From: Macrostomum lignano
Taxonomy: Eukaryota
Length of the DNA stretch: 64,000 nucleotides
Direction of reading: 5' to 3'
Assembly: GCA_002269645.1 (NCBI GenBank)
Contig: NIVC01000570.1
Location: 469,665 to 533,664 of the forward strand
The notes beneath the pieces are model-generated. The model worked only from the letters and a program-made list of their open reading frames with translations. It had not been told where the DNA came from and made no database searches. Positions within the stretch are counted from its first letter, which is position 1; each line of letters begins with the position of its first letter. The position numbers were made by a program, and so were the translations under genes. This document shows, one piece after another, positions 37,761 through 50,550 of the stretch.

Positions 37761-38659
37761 GTTTACTGATTCTTTAGACTCTCTAGATTCTCAATGCTAA
37801 AGTCTAACGCAGTAATTATTATTATTGCATTTGCAGCAACGCCACCATGATATATTTCACTATAATTATCAGATACACGTAAATTTCTGATTCAATTAAT
37901 TACTTATTACTTATGCGCATTCAGACACAGTAGAAGTATTTACAAAATGTCAGCATTACGACGGCCAATAAATAATCAATTGAGATCACACAAGATTTGT
38001 CTAATCATGTTAGATTATTAATTGACCCGGTAATGCATAAAATAGTGGGACAATTAGATTTTGAATTCCGCAATAACAATAATAATCAAACCGATCTACC
38101 CCAGAGAGAGCAAAGTTTGCAATAATACAGGAATTGAGTGCAATAAATCAATAAAAGCATTAAACCATTTAGCAATTAAGTTCTGGTAGTAAATAGCCGT
38201 CTCCAATGTCAACAGTGGTTGCTATGCACTATTTGGATGCGTTAACTGAAGACTCATAAGCAGATGATAAATGGATAACTATAAAAGGATGTCTATTTAC
38301 AAGGGTTTAGTTGCGGTCCAAATTCTCTGTAGTTCATTCCAAAAAAGCAAAACAAACACGCGTGTGACAATTTTTTTATCGGCTAGACAGTGAAAGTCCT
38401 TGAAGTACATTCGAATTTTTATCAGAGTCAGCGCAGCAATGCTATAAGGGCGAATTCTCATAAATCATAGGTCAGGTACTTCAATTTCGAAAACAATTTC
38501 AAAAGCAATCCACGAAGAGAAAAAATTGATCAATTTTTTTAGCAAACTCATTGCCTCAAATAAAACGCAGTCACTGATTGTTTATCGAAAAAATGAAATT
38601 TAACTGCATTAAAGTGTATTTCTTCAGACACAATCTGGTCTGCAATTAATTTAGACCTG

Positions 38660-39640
38660 CCATACTGCCATACTCGTAACTCGTGAATACTCGTAACTAC
38701 TAGTAACTTGAAATACTCGTATCTAATCGCAACTCGTAAATACTCGTACCTAATCGCAACTCGTAAATACTCGTAACTACTAGTAACTTGAAATACTCGT
38801 ATCTAATCGCAACTCGTAAATACTCGTACCTAATCGCAACTCGTAAATACTCGTAACTACTAGTAACTTGTAAATACTCGTATCTAATCGCAACTCGTAA
38901 ATACTCGTAACTACTAGTAACTTGTAAATACTCGTAACTACTAGTAACTTGTAAATACTCGTACCTAATCGTAACTTGTAAATACTCGTACCTAATCGTA
39001 ACTCGTAAATACTCGTAACTGCTAGTAACTTGTAAATACTCGTATCTAATCGCAACTCGTAAATACTCGTACCTAATCGCAACTCGTAAATACTCGTAAC
39101 TACTAGTAACTTGTAAATACTCGTATCTAATCGCAACTCGTAAATACTCGTAACTACTAGTAACTTGTAAATACTCGTAACTACTAGTAACTTGTAAATA
39201 CTCGTACCTAATCGTAACTTGTAAATACTCGTACCTAATCGTAACTCGTAAATACTCGTAACTGCTAGTAACTTGTAAATACTCGTATCTAATCGCAACT
39301 CGTAAATACTCGTAACTACTAGTAACTTGTAAATACTCGTACCTAATCGTAACTTGTAAATACTCGTACCTAATCGTAACTTGTAAATACTCGTATCTAA
39401 TCGCAACTCGTAAATACTCGTACCTAATCGCAACTCGTAAATACTCGTAACTACTAGTAACTTGTAAATACTCGTACCTAATCGTAACTCGTAAATACGC
39501 GTAACTACTAGTAACTTGTAAGTACTCGTACCTAATCGCAACTCGTAAATACTCGTAACTACTAGTAACTTGTAAATACTCGTACCTATTCGTAACTTGT
39601 AAATACCCGTAACTAATGGTAACTCGTAAATGCTTAAAAC
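38660..39640. repeat. 27-bp two-monomer minisatellite (AAATACTCGTAACTACTAGTAACTTGT / AAATACTCGTACCTAATCGCAACTCGT)
   Basis: Direct reading; 27 bp equals 9 codons, which explains the stop-free YEYLRV ORFs. Confidence 0.96.
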
Positions 39641-39849
39641 TCATAGGTCATAAATTTGACTGACCAGACTGTCTTGACTTAACACTTCGTAATGTACACA
39701 CAGAGGTTTAATCTTGCACAGATAACGAAACGTATTGAGTAAATTTTTCCTACTATGGAAAAGATGATTAATAATCAATCAATAATAAATTTTTAAGCTA
39801 AAATGAAGCCATTGAAAGACACGATTCTCATATTGGGAAGCCGCAATCT

Positions 39850-42800
39850 CTACTTCAGCTGCTGCTGCTGTTGCTGCGGGGCGCTCAGCATCACAGCCCG
39901 GAGGTCGTCAGGCATGCTGGCAATCACGGCGTCTAACTGAAACTGCAGCTGGTCCAGGCGTTCCACCGACAGCGGAATCTGGCCACGATGCCCCCTACGA
40001 AGGCGTTCGCGCAGCTTAAGCACCAGGTCAACAATTTCCACCTCGGCCCGGCCCTGCGACCAGCGCAGCAGGTCAACGCCGCACAGCGCCTCGGCGTGCA
40101 GAGCCTCCAGCTGGGCGTGCGCCTCCGACTGGCGCTGGGACAGCCACTGGGCAAAGTTAGGCGAGGCCAGGAATCTCTGGTACAGGCCCGGCCAATCGCC
40201 GCGGACCATGCTAGTCAGCTGCGGCCCGGACGAGCCCAGGGAGCGAAGGAATTCGTCCGAGTTGAACGAACGCATCAGCGGGACGGCTTTGAATGGCGAG
40301 ATGCTCTTTTGTAGAGGCATCAGGCTGGCCACGTAGCGCTCCTGGGGTGCGTGGGGAGGCGTGCTTTTGCTTCAAATCTTGGGCATCTGCGATGCTGGAT
40401 CTTCATCATGAGGATCCCCATGACATCTATGAGCTCCTCATCATGGGAATCTGGAACTGGGATGCTGTTGCTGGCTCTTCATCATGGGAATCTGGAACTT
40501 GGATGCAATTGCTGGCGCCTCATCATGGGAATCTGGAACTGGGATGCTATTGCTGGCTCCTCATCATGGGAATCTGGAACTGGGATGCTATTGCTGGCGC
40601 CTCATCATGTGAATCTGGAACTAAGATGCTATTGCTGGCTCCTCATTATGGGAATCTGGGACTGGGATGCTATTGCTGGCTCCTCATCATGGGAATCTGG
40701 AACTTGGATGCTATTGCTGACTCCTCATCATGGGAATCTGGAACTGGGATGCTATTGATGGCTCCTCATCGTGGGAGTATACTGGGACTTGAGAAGCCTT
40801 TAACAAAAGGCAACTCACCAAAGGAATCATAAACGAGTGGGTCAGCTCGGCGAACTGCCTCCTAATGATAACCGACTGAGCCTCGATCTGGCGGCCGCGT
40901 TGCACGCCCTGGCGAAATAAAATAAAATAAATTTTGCCTCATTTGACTACTGAAAGTAGCAATGAATGAACAGAATTTCACAATTCAAACCTTGTTAATC
41001 CTTTTCAGGACGGATTTGTCGGGTACAAGATACGGAGTGTACTTTGAATAAATGCCAGGCTTGAAGTCCAGACTTTTCAGACTGGACGACTTTCGCTTCA
41101 CCTTGAGTTCCTTGTCTGTGGCTGAAAGTGGAACAGGGTAGGGACAAGGCCTGTCTGAGGATCTGGGAGGCTGGCCCAGCAACTGAGGATCTGGGAGGCT
41201 GGCCCAGCAACTAAGGATCTGTGAGGCTGGCCCGGCAACTGAGAATCTGGGGAGCTGGCTGGCCTGGCAACTGATGATCTGGGAGGCTGGCTCAGCAACT
41301 GAGGATCTGTGAGGCTGGCCCGGCAACTGAGGATCTGGGGAGCTGGCTGGCCTGGCAACTGAGGATCTGGGGAGCTGGCTGGCCTGGCAACTGAGGATCT
41401 GGGAGGCTAGCTCAGCAACTGAGGATCTGGGAGGCTGGCCCGGCAACTGAGGATCTGGGAGGCTGGCCCAGCAACTGAGGATCTGGGAGGCTGGCCCAGC
41501 AACTGAGGATCTGGGAGGCTGGCCCAGCAACAGAGGATCTGGGAGGCTGGCTAGCCCGGCAACTGAGGATCTGGGAGGCTGGCTAGCCCGGCAACTGAGG
41601 ATCTGGGAGGCTGGCCCAGCAACTGAGGATCTGGGCAGCTGGCCCAGCAACTGAGGATCTGGGAGGCTGGACCAGCAACTGAGGATCTGGGAGGCTGGCT
41701 AGCCCGGCAACTGAGGATCTGGGAGGCTGGCTAGCCCGGCAACTGAGGATCTGGGAGGCTGGCTAGCCCGGCAACTGAGGATCTGGGAGGCTGGCCCAGC
41801 AACTGAGGATCTGGGAGGCTGGCCCAGCAACTGAGGATCTGGGAGGGCGGCTCCTTTTAAGATGGAGATGACATGCAGCTCAAACGAAGATCTTACGCAT
41901 AGCAGCTCCAATCTTGACAATGTGAGGCCAGTGCTGCAGCGCCTTGGCAAAGAACGGATTCGTAACGCCAAGCATTACGGAAGGTCTGCGAAAAAATTGA
42001 TAAGATCAAATTAAAGTTCAATGCTTAGTATGCCGGTACTAAAAAATAGTGAGCAAACACCAGAGTTATTGCACTTAGCTTTTGTAATATTGCACAATGA
42101 GTCCAATAAATACACAATACGTACTGGTGAATCAAGATAAGCAAAAAAAACTTGAGCAGAATTAACACCATAAAAAGTAATAACGAACTGTAATGAATTG
42201 AATAGTAACGACCTGCAGTTATCATATTAAGTCTTACAGTTTTCGAAAGGAGTTGCTCTTAGAACTAAAAAATTTAATTGGCAACACAAATAGGCATTTA
42301 AATGTGACATATAGACTACTAGAATGAGTAGCAAGATTAGCAAAGCACTCACGGAGATTGCGATTTGGCTGTGAACTCCTTGAACTCGCAGTCGTGTATA
42401 GTAAAGTACGGCCTATAGTCTGTAGCATACCGCAATGGGAAAATGCAATTCACCAGAGCCTGCACCAGGTTGGAGCACGTGTCCGGATCCGGGCCCATCA
42501 CAATCAGTGGAGCGTTAAGCAGCACCAGTTCCCATAGCAACTGGGCGTGTGGCAGCACCGGGGCGAGTGCGTTGAACAGGTTAACCTCGTGTACAGTGGG
42601 CAGCACCCGGTCTGGCGCGGGGCTAGTCACCAGCGTCACCTCCTCGGAGGCTGCAGCCGATGCTGTTGGTACGCGATCGTTGGCTGCGGGGATCCGGACC
42701 TGATAGTGACCATCAGAAATGATCATAATCATTGTGACAGTTTATCTATGCCAAACTGCTCATTTGTGACACAGTTTATCTATGCCAAACTGCTCATTTG

Positions 42801-44836
42801 TGACACAGTTTATCCATGCCAAACTGCTCATTTGTGACACAGTTTATCCATGCCAAACTGCTCATTTGTGACACAGTTTATCCATGCCAAACTGCTCATT
42901 TGTGACACAGTTTATCCATGCCAAACTGCTCATTTGTGACACAGTTTATCTATGCCAAACTGCTCATTTGTGACACAGTTTATCCATGCCAAACTGCTCA
43001 TTTGTGACACAGTTTATCTATGCCAAACTGCTCATTTGTGACACAGTTTATCCATGCCAAACTGCTCATTTGTGACACAGTTTATCCATGCCAAACTGCT
43101 CATTTGTGACACAGTTTATCCATGCCAAACTGCTCATTTGTGACACAGTTTATTCATGCCAAACTGCTTATCTATGACACAGTTTATCCATGCCAAACTG
43201 CTCATTTGTGACACAGTTTATCCATGCCAAACTGCTCATTTGTGACACAGTTTATCTATGCCAAACTGCTCATTTGTGACACAGTTTATCTATGCCAAAC
43301 TGCACATTTGTGACACAGTTTATCCATGCCAAACTGCTCATTTGTGACACAGTTTATCCATGCCAAACTGCTCATTTGTGACACAGTTTATCTATGCCAA
43401 ACTGCTCATTTGTGACACAGTTTATCCATGCCAAACTGCTCATTTGTGACACAGTTTATCTATGCCAAACTGCTCATTTGTGACACAGTTTATCTATGCC
43501 AAACTGCTCATTTGTGACACAGTTTATCCATGCCAAACTGCTCATTTGTGACACAGTTTATCTATGCCAAACTGCTCATTTGTGACACAGTTTATCTATG
43601 CCAAACTGCTCATTTGTGACACAGTTTATCTATGCCAAACTGCTCATTTGTGACACAGTTTATCCATGCCAAACTGCTCATTTGTGACACAGTTTATCCA
43701 TGCCAAACTGCTCATTTGTGACAGTTTATCTATGCCAAACTGCTCATTTGTGACAGTTTATCTATGCCAAACTGCTCATTTGTGACACAGTTTATCTATG
43801 CCAAACTGCTCATTTGTGACAGTTTATCTATGCCAAACTGCTCATTTGTGACAGTTTATCCATGCCAAACTGCTCATTTGTGACACAGATATAAAACTAA
43901 TAACTGGATTAATTAATAGGCCTTTTATTGCTGAAAAACAAAATTAAAAGCATTATGAAATATGACGGTGTTGCTCACTCACCTGCAGCACAGAGCCCAG
44001 TATAGGCAGATGCAGCACCTGGCCAGGCACCGGAGCCGGCCACTGGTCAATATCGTGACAGACAGCCTCTAGGAAAGCTGGCCCGTTAAGGAAAAACTCT
44101 GGCGACATCAACTGCAACAGGTGCCTGTAGAGTGCCACGTAAGGTAGGCGGCTCATTAGCACTACCGACTTCTGAAAGTAGCCGCGTCTGATGCTGGCGT
44201 CCTTCACCTGAGAAGAATTGGGACTTGTTTTAAATAGCTATTTTCTATACAGGCAGACAAAGTATATTAGTCTGAGTAGACAATGTAGATTAGTCAAGTA
44301 GACAAAGTAGATCAAAACGTATAAGTAGACAAAGTAGACACAATGTACTAAGGTAGACAAGGACTGGAAATAGACAAACCAACCTGGCGAAAGTAGACAA
44401 ATCCGAACAGATATCCGGGGCAGCTGTGCAGATAGCTGGGCGCCAGGCGCTCCGTGTTAGACTGCCTGCCGGCGCCCTGGGCGCGCTGCCGATAGGACCG
44501 CCTGGGCCCGGCGCCCCCGACGCAGCCTCCGCCGCTGATGAGGCACTGCTCCCTAATGCGAAAGTGATACTGAGTATCGCCCATACAGCCGCTATTAGAG
44601 TCCGGGAAGGCCAGATAACACACAGAGGTCTTCTCCGCATCTGACAGAGTAATATGAGCCGGATACATCAGCTCCATAGCTTGGCCCAGTTCCAAATCGA
44701 ATGTCACCGTGCAGATGCAGTGCACCCAGTTGTGAAATCTATCCCATGGTAGAGATGTCGGTGTCGGAGGCTGAGACTGATGGGGCTGCTGCTGATGCTG
44801 CTGCTCAGCTGGCTTGGTGCCGAGGCTGGCGGACAT
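39850..44836 (-). CDS. DENND6: DENN domain-containing protein 6 (FAM116) Rab GEF, 7 coding exons, ~608 aa
   Basis: Exons 44836-44384, 44207-43983, 42699-42353, 41985-41897, 41121-40991, 40908-40819, 40341-39850, phase-compatible. Motifs [87 protein letters not shown]. Confidence 0.95.
40435..40790. repeat. 41-bp minisatellite (CTCATCATGGGAATCTGGAACTGGGATGCTATTGCTGGCTC)n in DENND6 intron 6
   Basis: About 8 copies. Confidence 0.93.
41155..41845. repeat. 28/32-bp minisatellite (CAACTGAGGATCTGGGAGGCTGGCCCAG)n in DENND6 intron 4
   Basis: About 23 copies. Confidence 0.95.
42729..43888. repeat. 34-bp minisatellite (CATTTGTGACACAGTTTATCYATGCCAAACTGCT)n filling DENND6 intron 2
   Basis: About 34 copies; occupies nearly the whole 1283-bp intron. 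Confidence 0.97.
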
Positions 44837-45380
44837 GCCCTACTGACTGCTTGGAACTGAAGCAGGAGTATTCAATGCGCTAATGTTAGTAGCAAGTTTA
44901 TCAAGCTTGACTCCACCATGGAGGCTCCGCATTAGCCATGCAAGCTTTCTGACACAAAATATCAAAAATGAGATGACTAATGTTGATTCTATAACTGATC
45001 TAATTGGGTCCACAAGGCCACAAGGAATTTCCATGGAGATCAGATGGAATTGCTAATGTTAGCATCAATATAATGTTTAACAGAACTAATATATTATAAA
45101 AAACATTCTTTAAGATTTTATTACATGTCTAAATTCTGTAATAAAATTCTAGGCCCTGAAAATTTAGAAATTTAAGTAATAAGGCATAACAAGGAAATTA
45201 TAAATATACATCAATTTTGGGACTAAAAAATTCAAACTCTGGCAAATATAGCAATAGACCATGCCTTCAAGGATTGACAGCTCTTTAAGGCCATTTGGAA
45301 GAAGTATAAATAAATATATTCTTCAAGGATTGGAGAAGAGGCTTAGAGCTATACTATTAATAAAATTCCAATTTCAAGAC

Positions 45381-45575
45381 TTATTGGCTGAATATGACTC
45401 ATCCTGCCACCTTCTCTCCCAGTGTGTGACTGACTGGCGATGAAATGTGGATCCACAACACAATCCAGAATCCAAGCAGGAGCCCAAGCACTGACTGTTA
45501 GTTGGAACACCGGCTGCTTTGAAGGCAAGGACTGCATGCAGTGCCAGCAAGTTTATTCTGACAGTCTTTCATGCA
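45381..45575 (+). pseudogene. Mariner transposase fragment (region of the first catalytic Asp)
   Basis: Across frameshifts it reads LLSQCVT-GDEMWIH-NPESKQEPKH*LLVGTP..KARTACSASKFILTVF, matching mariner IVTGDETWVH.Y.PESK..S..W...G.P.P.K.K...SAGK.M.TVF. Confidence 0.8.
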
Positions 45576-47139
45576 CAAGCAGACTGTATCAGGCATCTGT
45601 TATGCTGACTTGATTGCTTGCTTCAAACTACAAATACTTCTAATGTGAGGGTTTCTTGACATATTTAGTCAGATATTCAAAACAATCTTCTGTAACTTTT
45701 AACAAAATTGACCTGCTTCAACCATGCTGGGCCAGCCTCTCAGATCCTCAGTTTCTGGGCCAGCCTCCCAGATCCCCTATTTTTAGCAAATTTGTTAGGT
45801 GTCAAATAAGCCTTAATTTATTTACTGAAGTAAAAATCTTTCTGAGAAAAATCAATTCAAAAATGGCTTAGCAACACACTGATAAGACATTGCTTTATCA
45901 TTGACTGAAATAGTTCTTTTTGTAGCAACCTAAAAGCAGATGCTAGATTTAAAATGTTTCAATTTATTTTTTATGCACGTCTCAGCTTTAAAATGATGCC
46001 TCAGCCACTACAAAAGACTGCACTGATGCTAAGCTATTTGACATTAAACATTGCTTTACATAAACTCATATTCAGAAACTTTACAGATTTATATCAATAT
46101 TTGTTTAGCTTGTCCCTGTTTTTCTATTAGAATATTGCAAATTTTTAGTCATGTCTATATGCATGTCTCAGCTTTAAAAATGATAGCTTTGAAAAGATTA
46201 CTTTTTAGCTTATAAATCACTTGGATAACCATTCTATTTTGGCTAAAAAGATAGAATAGCTGTGTTGGATTTGGAGTGCCTGCGTACCGACCCTCTGCTA
46301 TCTATAGTGTCATCAGTGTACACTTGGTGGTCCCTGTCTCAGAGTGTGGTGGGGTGGGGTTTATGTGCATAAGGCATTGATGAGTCAGAGAGTTGGAGAG
46401 AGAAGATCGATTTGATTTAATATATAAGCAATAATTTAGCCATAGGGCTTATTTACCTGTTTTTTGTTAGAGTCTAACCCTCAGATTTATTACACTTGAT
46501 TATTTCTTTAACAATAGCAAAGACAATACATTCTAAAATGTGCTTAGGGAAAATTCTAGAAAAATGCTAAATTCCTATATTGTTAATATTAATGTAATGG
46601 ATTAACACTTATCAGCAATTTAGACCTAAGGGATAAAATGCTAAAAATTATTAGGCTTTAATATTAGGCTAGGCAGAGATTATTTAAATAAAAGGTTATA
46701 AAAAATAATAATAATATTTCTATTTTTTATAAGAAACTTCTATCAATCCCCATTAAGAATCTCCCTACCTTTAAAACCCTATTTATTCTCTATTCCATGC
46801 CCCAATGGTTGGCTTTAAGCTATATATAGGCCAAGGACTTCTAGATAATAAGAACTAGATGGGAAGTCTGTGTTGAAAAAGGCAGCTAACTGTACCAGAG
46901 GTGGCCTAAAAAATGAACACATTTTCCTCTCATTTTGTCTTTGGACCCCTCTAATTAAGAAATGTTTTTCAATCCTACCAAGGCTAATGAGCTAAAGACA
47001 AAGGCCCCACAAAGAACCCCACCCCCCCCCCAATATACAGACCCCCAAAGATAGCTGCTAGATGCTATCATGCAGGGATACACAGAAAGCTAAGGAATAA
47101 GGGACAAGAAGAAAAGAAAGCAAAGAAATGAGAAGACAG

Positions 47140-47196
47140 CATAGACCATTTAGAGGCCCTCTATGGAGCAATCTTCTAAAGTCTAAATGGTCTATG
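47140..47196. mobile_element. 57-bp miniature TIR element (P- or hAT-type) with perfect 8-bp TSD
   Basis: TIR CATAGACCATTTAGA (47140-47154) and TCTAAATGGTCTATG (47182-47196); GAAGACAG at both 47132-47139 and 47197-47204. Confidence 0.85.
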
Positions 47197-47537
47197 GAAG
47201 ACAGTTTGTACATATAAGGAACTCTATATTTGGTATCCCTCTATAAAATTATATGTAAGTAAAGCCTCCCTCTTGGTAAAAAGTACAGGGCTCTTTATCT
47301 GTCTTGTTTGACATTGGGCCATACATTAGTATAGGGAAAAAGTGCTTTAACTTATTATATATATACTAAGTAGGGTTTGACACTTATCCAATACCAGTTC
47401 CCCCCATTTTGAGGGGTAAAGACACAAGGCCTCTAAGACTTACTACATAAGTATACCTGTCTCTCTGGCCCATAGATTTTTTTAAACAATATACTGATTC
47501 ATATGTAACAAGCCTTGTAAGCTTATTGCATCTCAAT

Positions 47538-48830
47538 ATAGTCTACAATTGCTTTGCTTTCAGCTACAGAAGTGGGTATACGACAGAACCTCAATCAGAA
47601 ATAAAAGTTACTTTTCATAAGTTTCCAAGAGATGAAAAGCTCAAGTCCAAATAGGTTTAGGCCAACCTAAGATGGGGATTTGTGCCAACAAAGCATGCCC
47701 AAATATGCTCTCTAAACTTTGCTCTAGCTGATTTTATTGAGGAGCAATGCAACACCAATGCAAGGAGGATGAAAAAGCATGCATCTAGCCAGCTTGTCCA
47801 CAGGTATATAAAGTAAGGCGCTATACCTTCCAGCTTTCCCAATGCACCAGCCTATCTATCATCAAACATAGCAATATCTCAACAAACTAATGTGAGAGCT
47901 GTAGCCTCTGGTTGATTGGAGAAGGAAGCTAAACAACTAGAAGCTTAAGCCAAGGTCTTTAAGGCTGAAGATTGGATTGACTCTCTACCTTTGGAAGAAG
48001 TAAGACTGGCCTTTTGCTAAAAGAATCTTTCCAGAAGGATTCCAATTATCATTGAGTGCTAGTATGTTTTTTGCTTATGTTTTTATCTATTTGCTTAGCA
48101 TAATTAACAGTGTGCTCCAAGTGACTATGTTAGTAATTATCAACCCAGATTTATCTAGTGCACAATTCCAAGATATTGTACCAGGCCAGCTTAATTACAT
48201 GTTTGCGGCTCTTTAATCTCATGGCTTGACTGTAATCATGGCATAGCAATCAGACTTCAGGATCTGGCAACACTGATCCTTGGAGGCAACCATTAGAAAT
48301 ATAAAAGACTACATCTTTTTCGTAAGTGGTTATATTGTGATCAACTACTTCATTTACAAGGTGCAAATTTTGCTCTGAATTTCTCACTGACTTAGAAAAT
48401 TTTCCATTGGTGACTAACAATTCCAACTTGTGTTCATCTATATTCCAGGATAGCATTGACAAGGGTGGCCTTGTGAAGCCATTGGACTTTTTTTTAATCT
48501 AGCAGCTCATTGTTAGAAAGTCTTTTGGGAGACTTAGGCCAACTATAATCTTAAGAAGCAGTTTTTGCAATTGTCTTGCCAATGCTTCCTGTTCAACAAG
48601 ATCATTGATTGCTATACCTTCAATGAGGAGCATATGCTTTAGTATTTGACATCAGCATGTTCAGATCTGACCACGATTTGTAGAGCCACATTGTTGGCTT
48701 TTCAACGGCTTTGCAAAGAACTTTGTCAAGGAGATGAACAACCAACACAATATAGTCAACTTCTGGGCCACAGAAGTGCAAAATTGCTAAGCTATCAGGT
48801 TCAACAATGTGAGATGCATCTGCACTTTAA
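47538..48830 (+). pseudogene. Decayed, internally deleted THAP-domain P-element/THAP9-type transposase
   Basis: 47538-47860 reads (I)VYNCFAFSYRSGY...KVTFHKFPRDEKLKSK*V*ANLRWGFVPTKHAQICSLNF..ADF...YIK*GAIPSSFPNAPAYL (THAP pattern C..FH.FP..W..P..CS.HF..AVP). 48307-48490 reads FVSGYIV / TRCKFCSEFL...DSIDKGGLVKP (P-transposase C-terminal GY, CxxC and RGGL.P motifs). Near 48780: KCKIAKLSGSTM*. The catalytic core is absent. Confidence 0.8.
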
Positions 48831-49610
48831 ACTGTAAGTAGAAAATTTTTTGGGTATATTTATCCTTTAATAGAGCCAGCCCAAAATGATTTTTGCTACC
48901 ACTTTGAAACCTGAAAGTGATCCAAAATTTTAAAGCCAACAAAGCAATCAAGCATGCAATTGAGATATAGTTTATATTTCATTCATATTTGTTTGAAATA
49001 TTGTTCGAATGTCATCATTCATTAAGCATATTTAGAGCTTCAAGTTCAATTAAGTTTTAGCTTCTCAGTCACAATGAGTCCCTTAGCACTGAAGACAGTA
49101 AAGATACATTTAATTTCATTTGTCAATATAAAGCTGTGCACAAGACTAGGCTTTTGGTTTTGGTGTTTGGGGGTTGCCATTGTCAACTTTGGGGTTTGGA
49201 GTCAAATAATAAAAGGAAAGGGTGATCAGTGGAGCCCACAAGTTTAGGTGGCAAGCAAACCTATAAAACTCTATTGTGAAGAGAGAGAAAAGGGTTTAAA
49301 GTGGCAAACATTGAAGGCCTGGGAGAGAAAGGAAGAAGGGTGGCTAAAGTGACAAACATACAGAGAAGGAGAAAGAGTTAAATGGGGCCAGATTTAGATT
49401 TGCCTCTTGTTTTCTATATTAATTTTATGGGCTTATTATTGATTTATATAGATTGATGCATTAACTGTGACTAAGAGTCTAGACTCAGTGTTAAGGTGAT
49501 GATTTCACTGCTTAGCTAATACACAGGGAAAGGCACCAATAATAAAACCAATTGATTCTTGGCACAGCCCTAGCTATCTGCTTACTGTTAAAACTGTTAT
49601 GTATACTTAG

Positions 49611-49690
49611 CCCAAGCCCAACCCCAGGGCTTGGGGAGCCCAACCCCAGGGCTTGGGGAGCCCAACCCCAGGGCTTGGGGAGCCCAACCC
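49611..49690. repeat. 22-bp tandem repeat (GGGGAGCCCAACCCCAGGGCTT) x ~3.5
   Basis: Direct reading. Confidence 0.85.
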
Positions 49691-49969
49691 TAGAACTTGC
49701 CCCAGGGCAAGTTCTTGGGGAATGATTAATTTAATTGAACCTCCAATATATAGGACTTTTATTTGCATTGAATGCACCCATCCCTCCAATACACAACCCG
49801 CAGCTGGAGGTTAGGGTGGCTATTTTTACAAACAGGCTGCAACCCTTTTACTAGAGAGGCTAACTGGCCAAAAAAGGTTACAAAAAATCTGCATTCATAT
49901 ATATAAGTTTTGCATTTGAGTCGGCAGCCATCTAGGAGAGATGCGCATTAAACCCAGTCAGTTGATCAA

Positions 49970-50205
49970 TAGATGAATAGCAATGTGGTTATTTGTCCGG
50001 TTACTAGATAATAGCCATGTTTCCTTATTCACTTGGTTAATACTGGACAAATAAGCATTTTGTTACTTGTCTGGTTAAATTGATATTCTATATTTTATAG
50101 AAACTACAAAGGTGAATATTCCTGGACTTCTTACTCCTATCTTGATTAATAAGATACTTGTCTTAGCAATTTAACTGGACAAATAGCAAAAAGGCTATTC
50201 ATCTA
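49970..50205. mobile_element. Degenerate MITE-like inverted repeat
   Basis: TAGATGAATAGC...TATTTGTCCGGTTA (49970-50003) versus TAACTGGACAAATA...GCTATTCATCTA (50172-50205). TSD unclear. Confidence 0.4.
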
Positions 50206-50550
50206 ATCATTGGACAAAAGAATAATTGCCTTAAATTTTATATTATATTTTAGTTTTTATTTTAGTAACTATATTTGTACCAAAAAACCTAGAAATAATC
50301 TCTAACACCAAATAAAATTATATAATAAATGAATGCTAAAAATGATTTTATTTATGCTGCATGCTTACAATTGTAGTTCTTTTTAAAACAGCGCACTTTG
50401 CAGTTTTATGAAAAATGTATACAGGCCTAATAAATAATTTTGGCTTTTAACTTTTTAGTAATAATTAAATTTGTCTATTCATTAATTTGTCTATTTATAC
50501 AATGAAATTCACCTCAAAAGGTTATTTTTTTTGGTATTTTGTAGGCCTAG

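Noticed and set aside
48250-48462. Minus-strand 70-aa ORF
   Set aside because: Shadow of the plus-strand P-transposase C-terminal relic.
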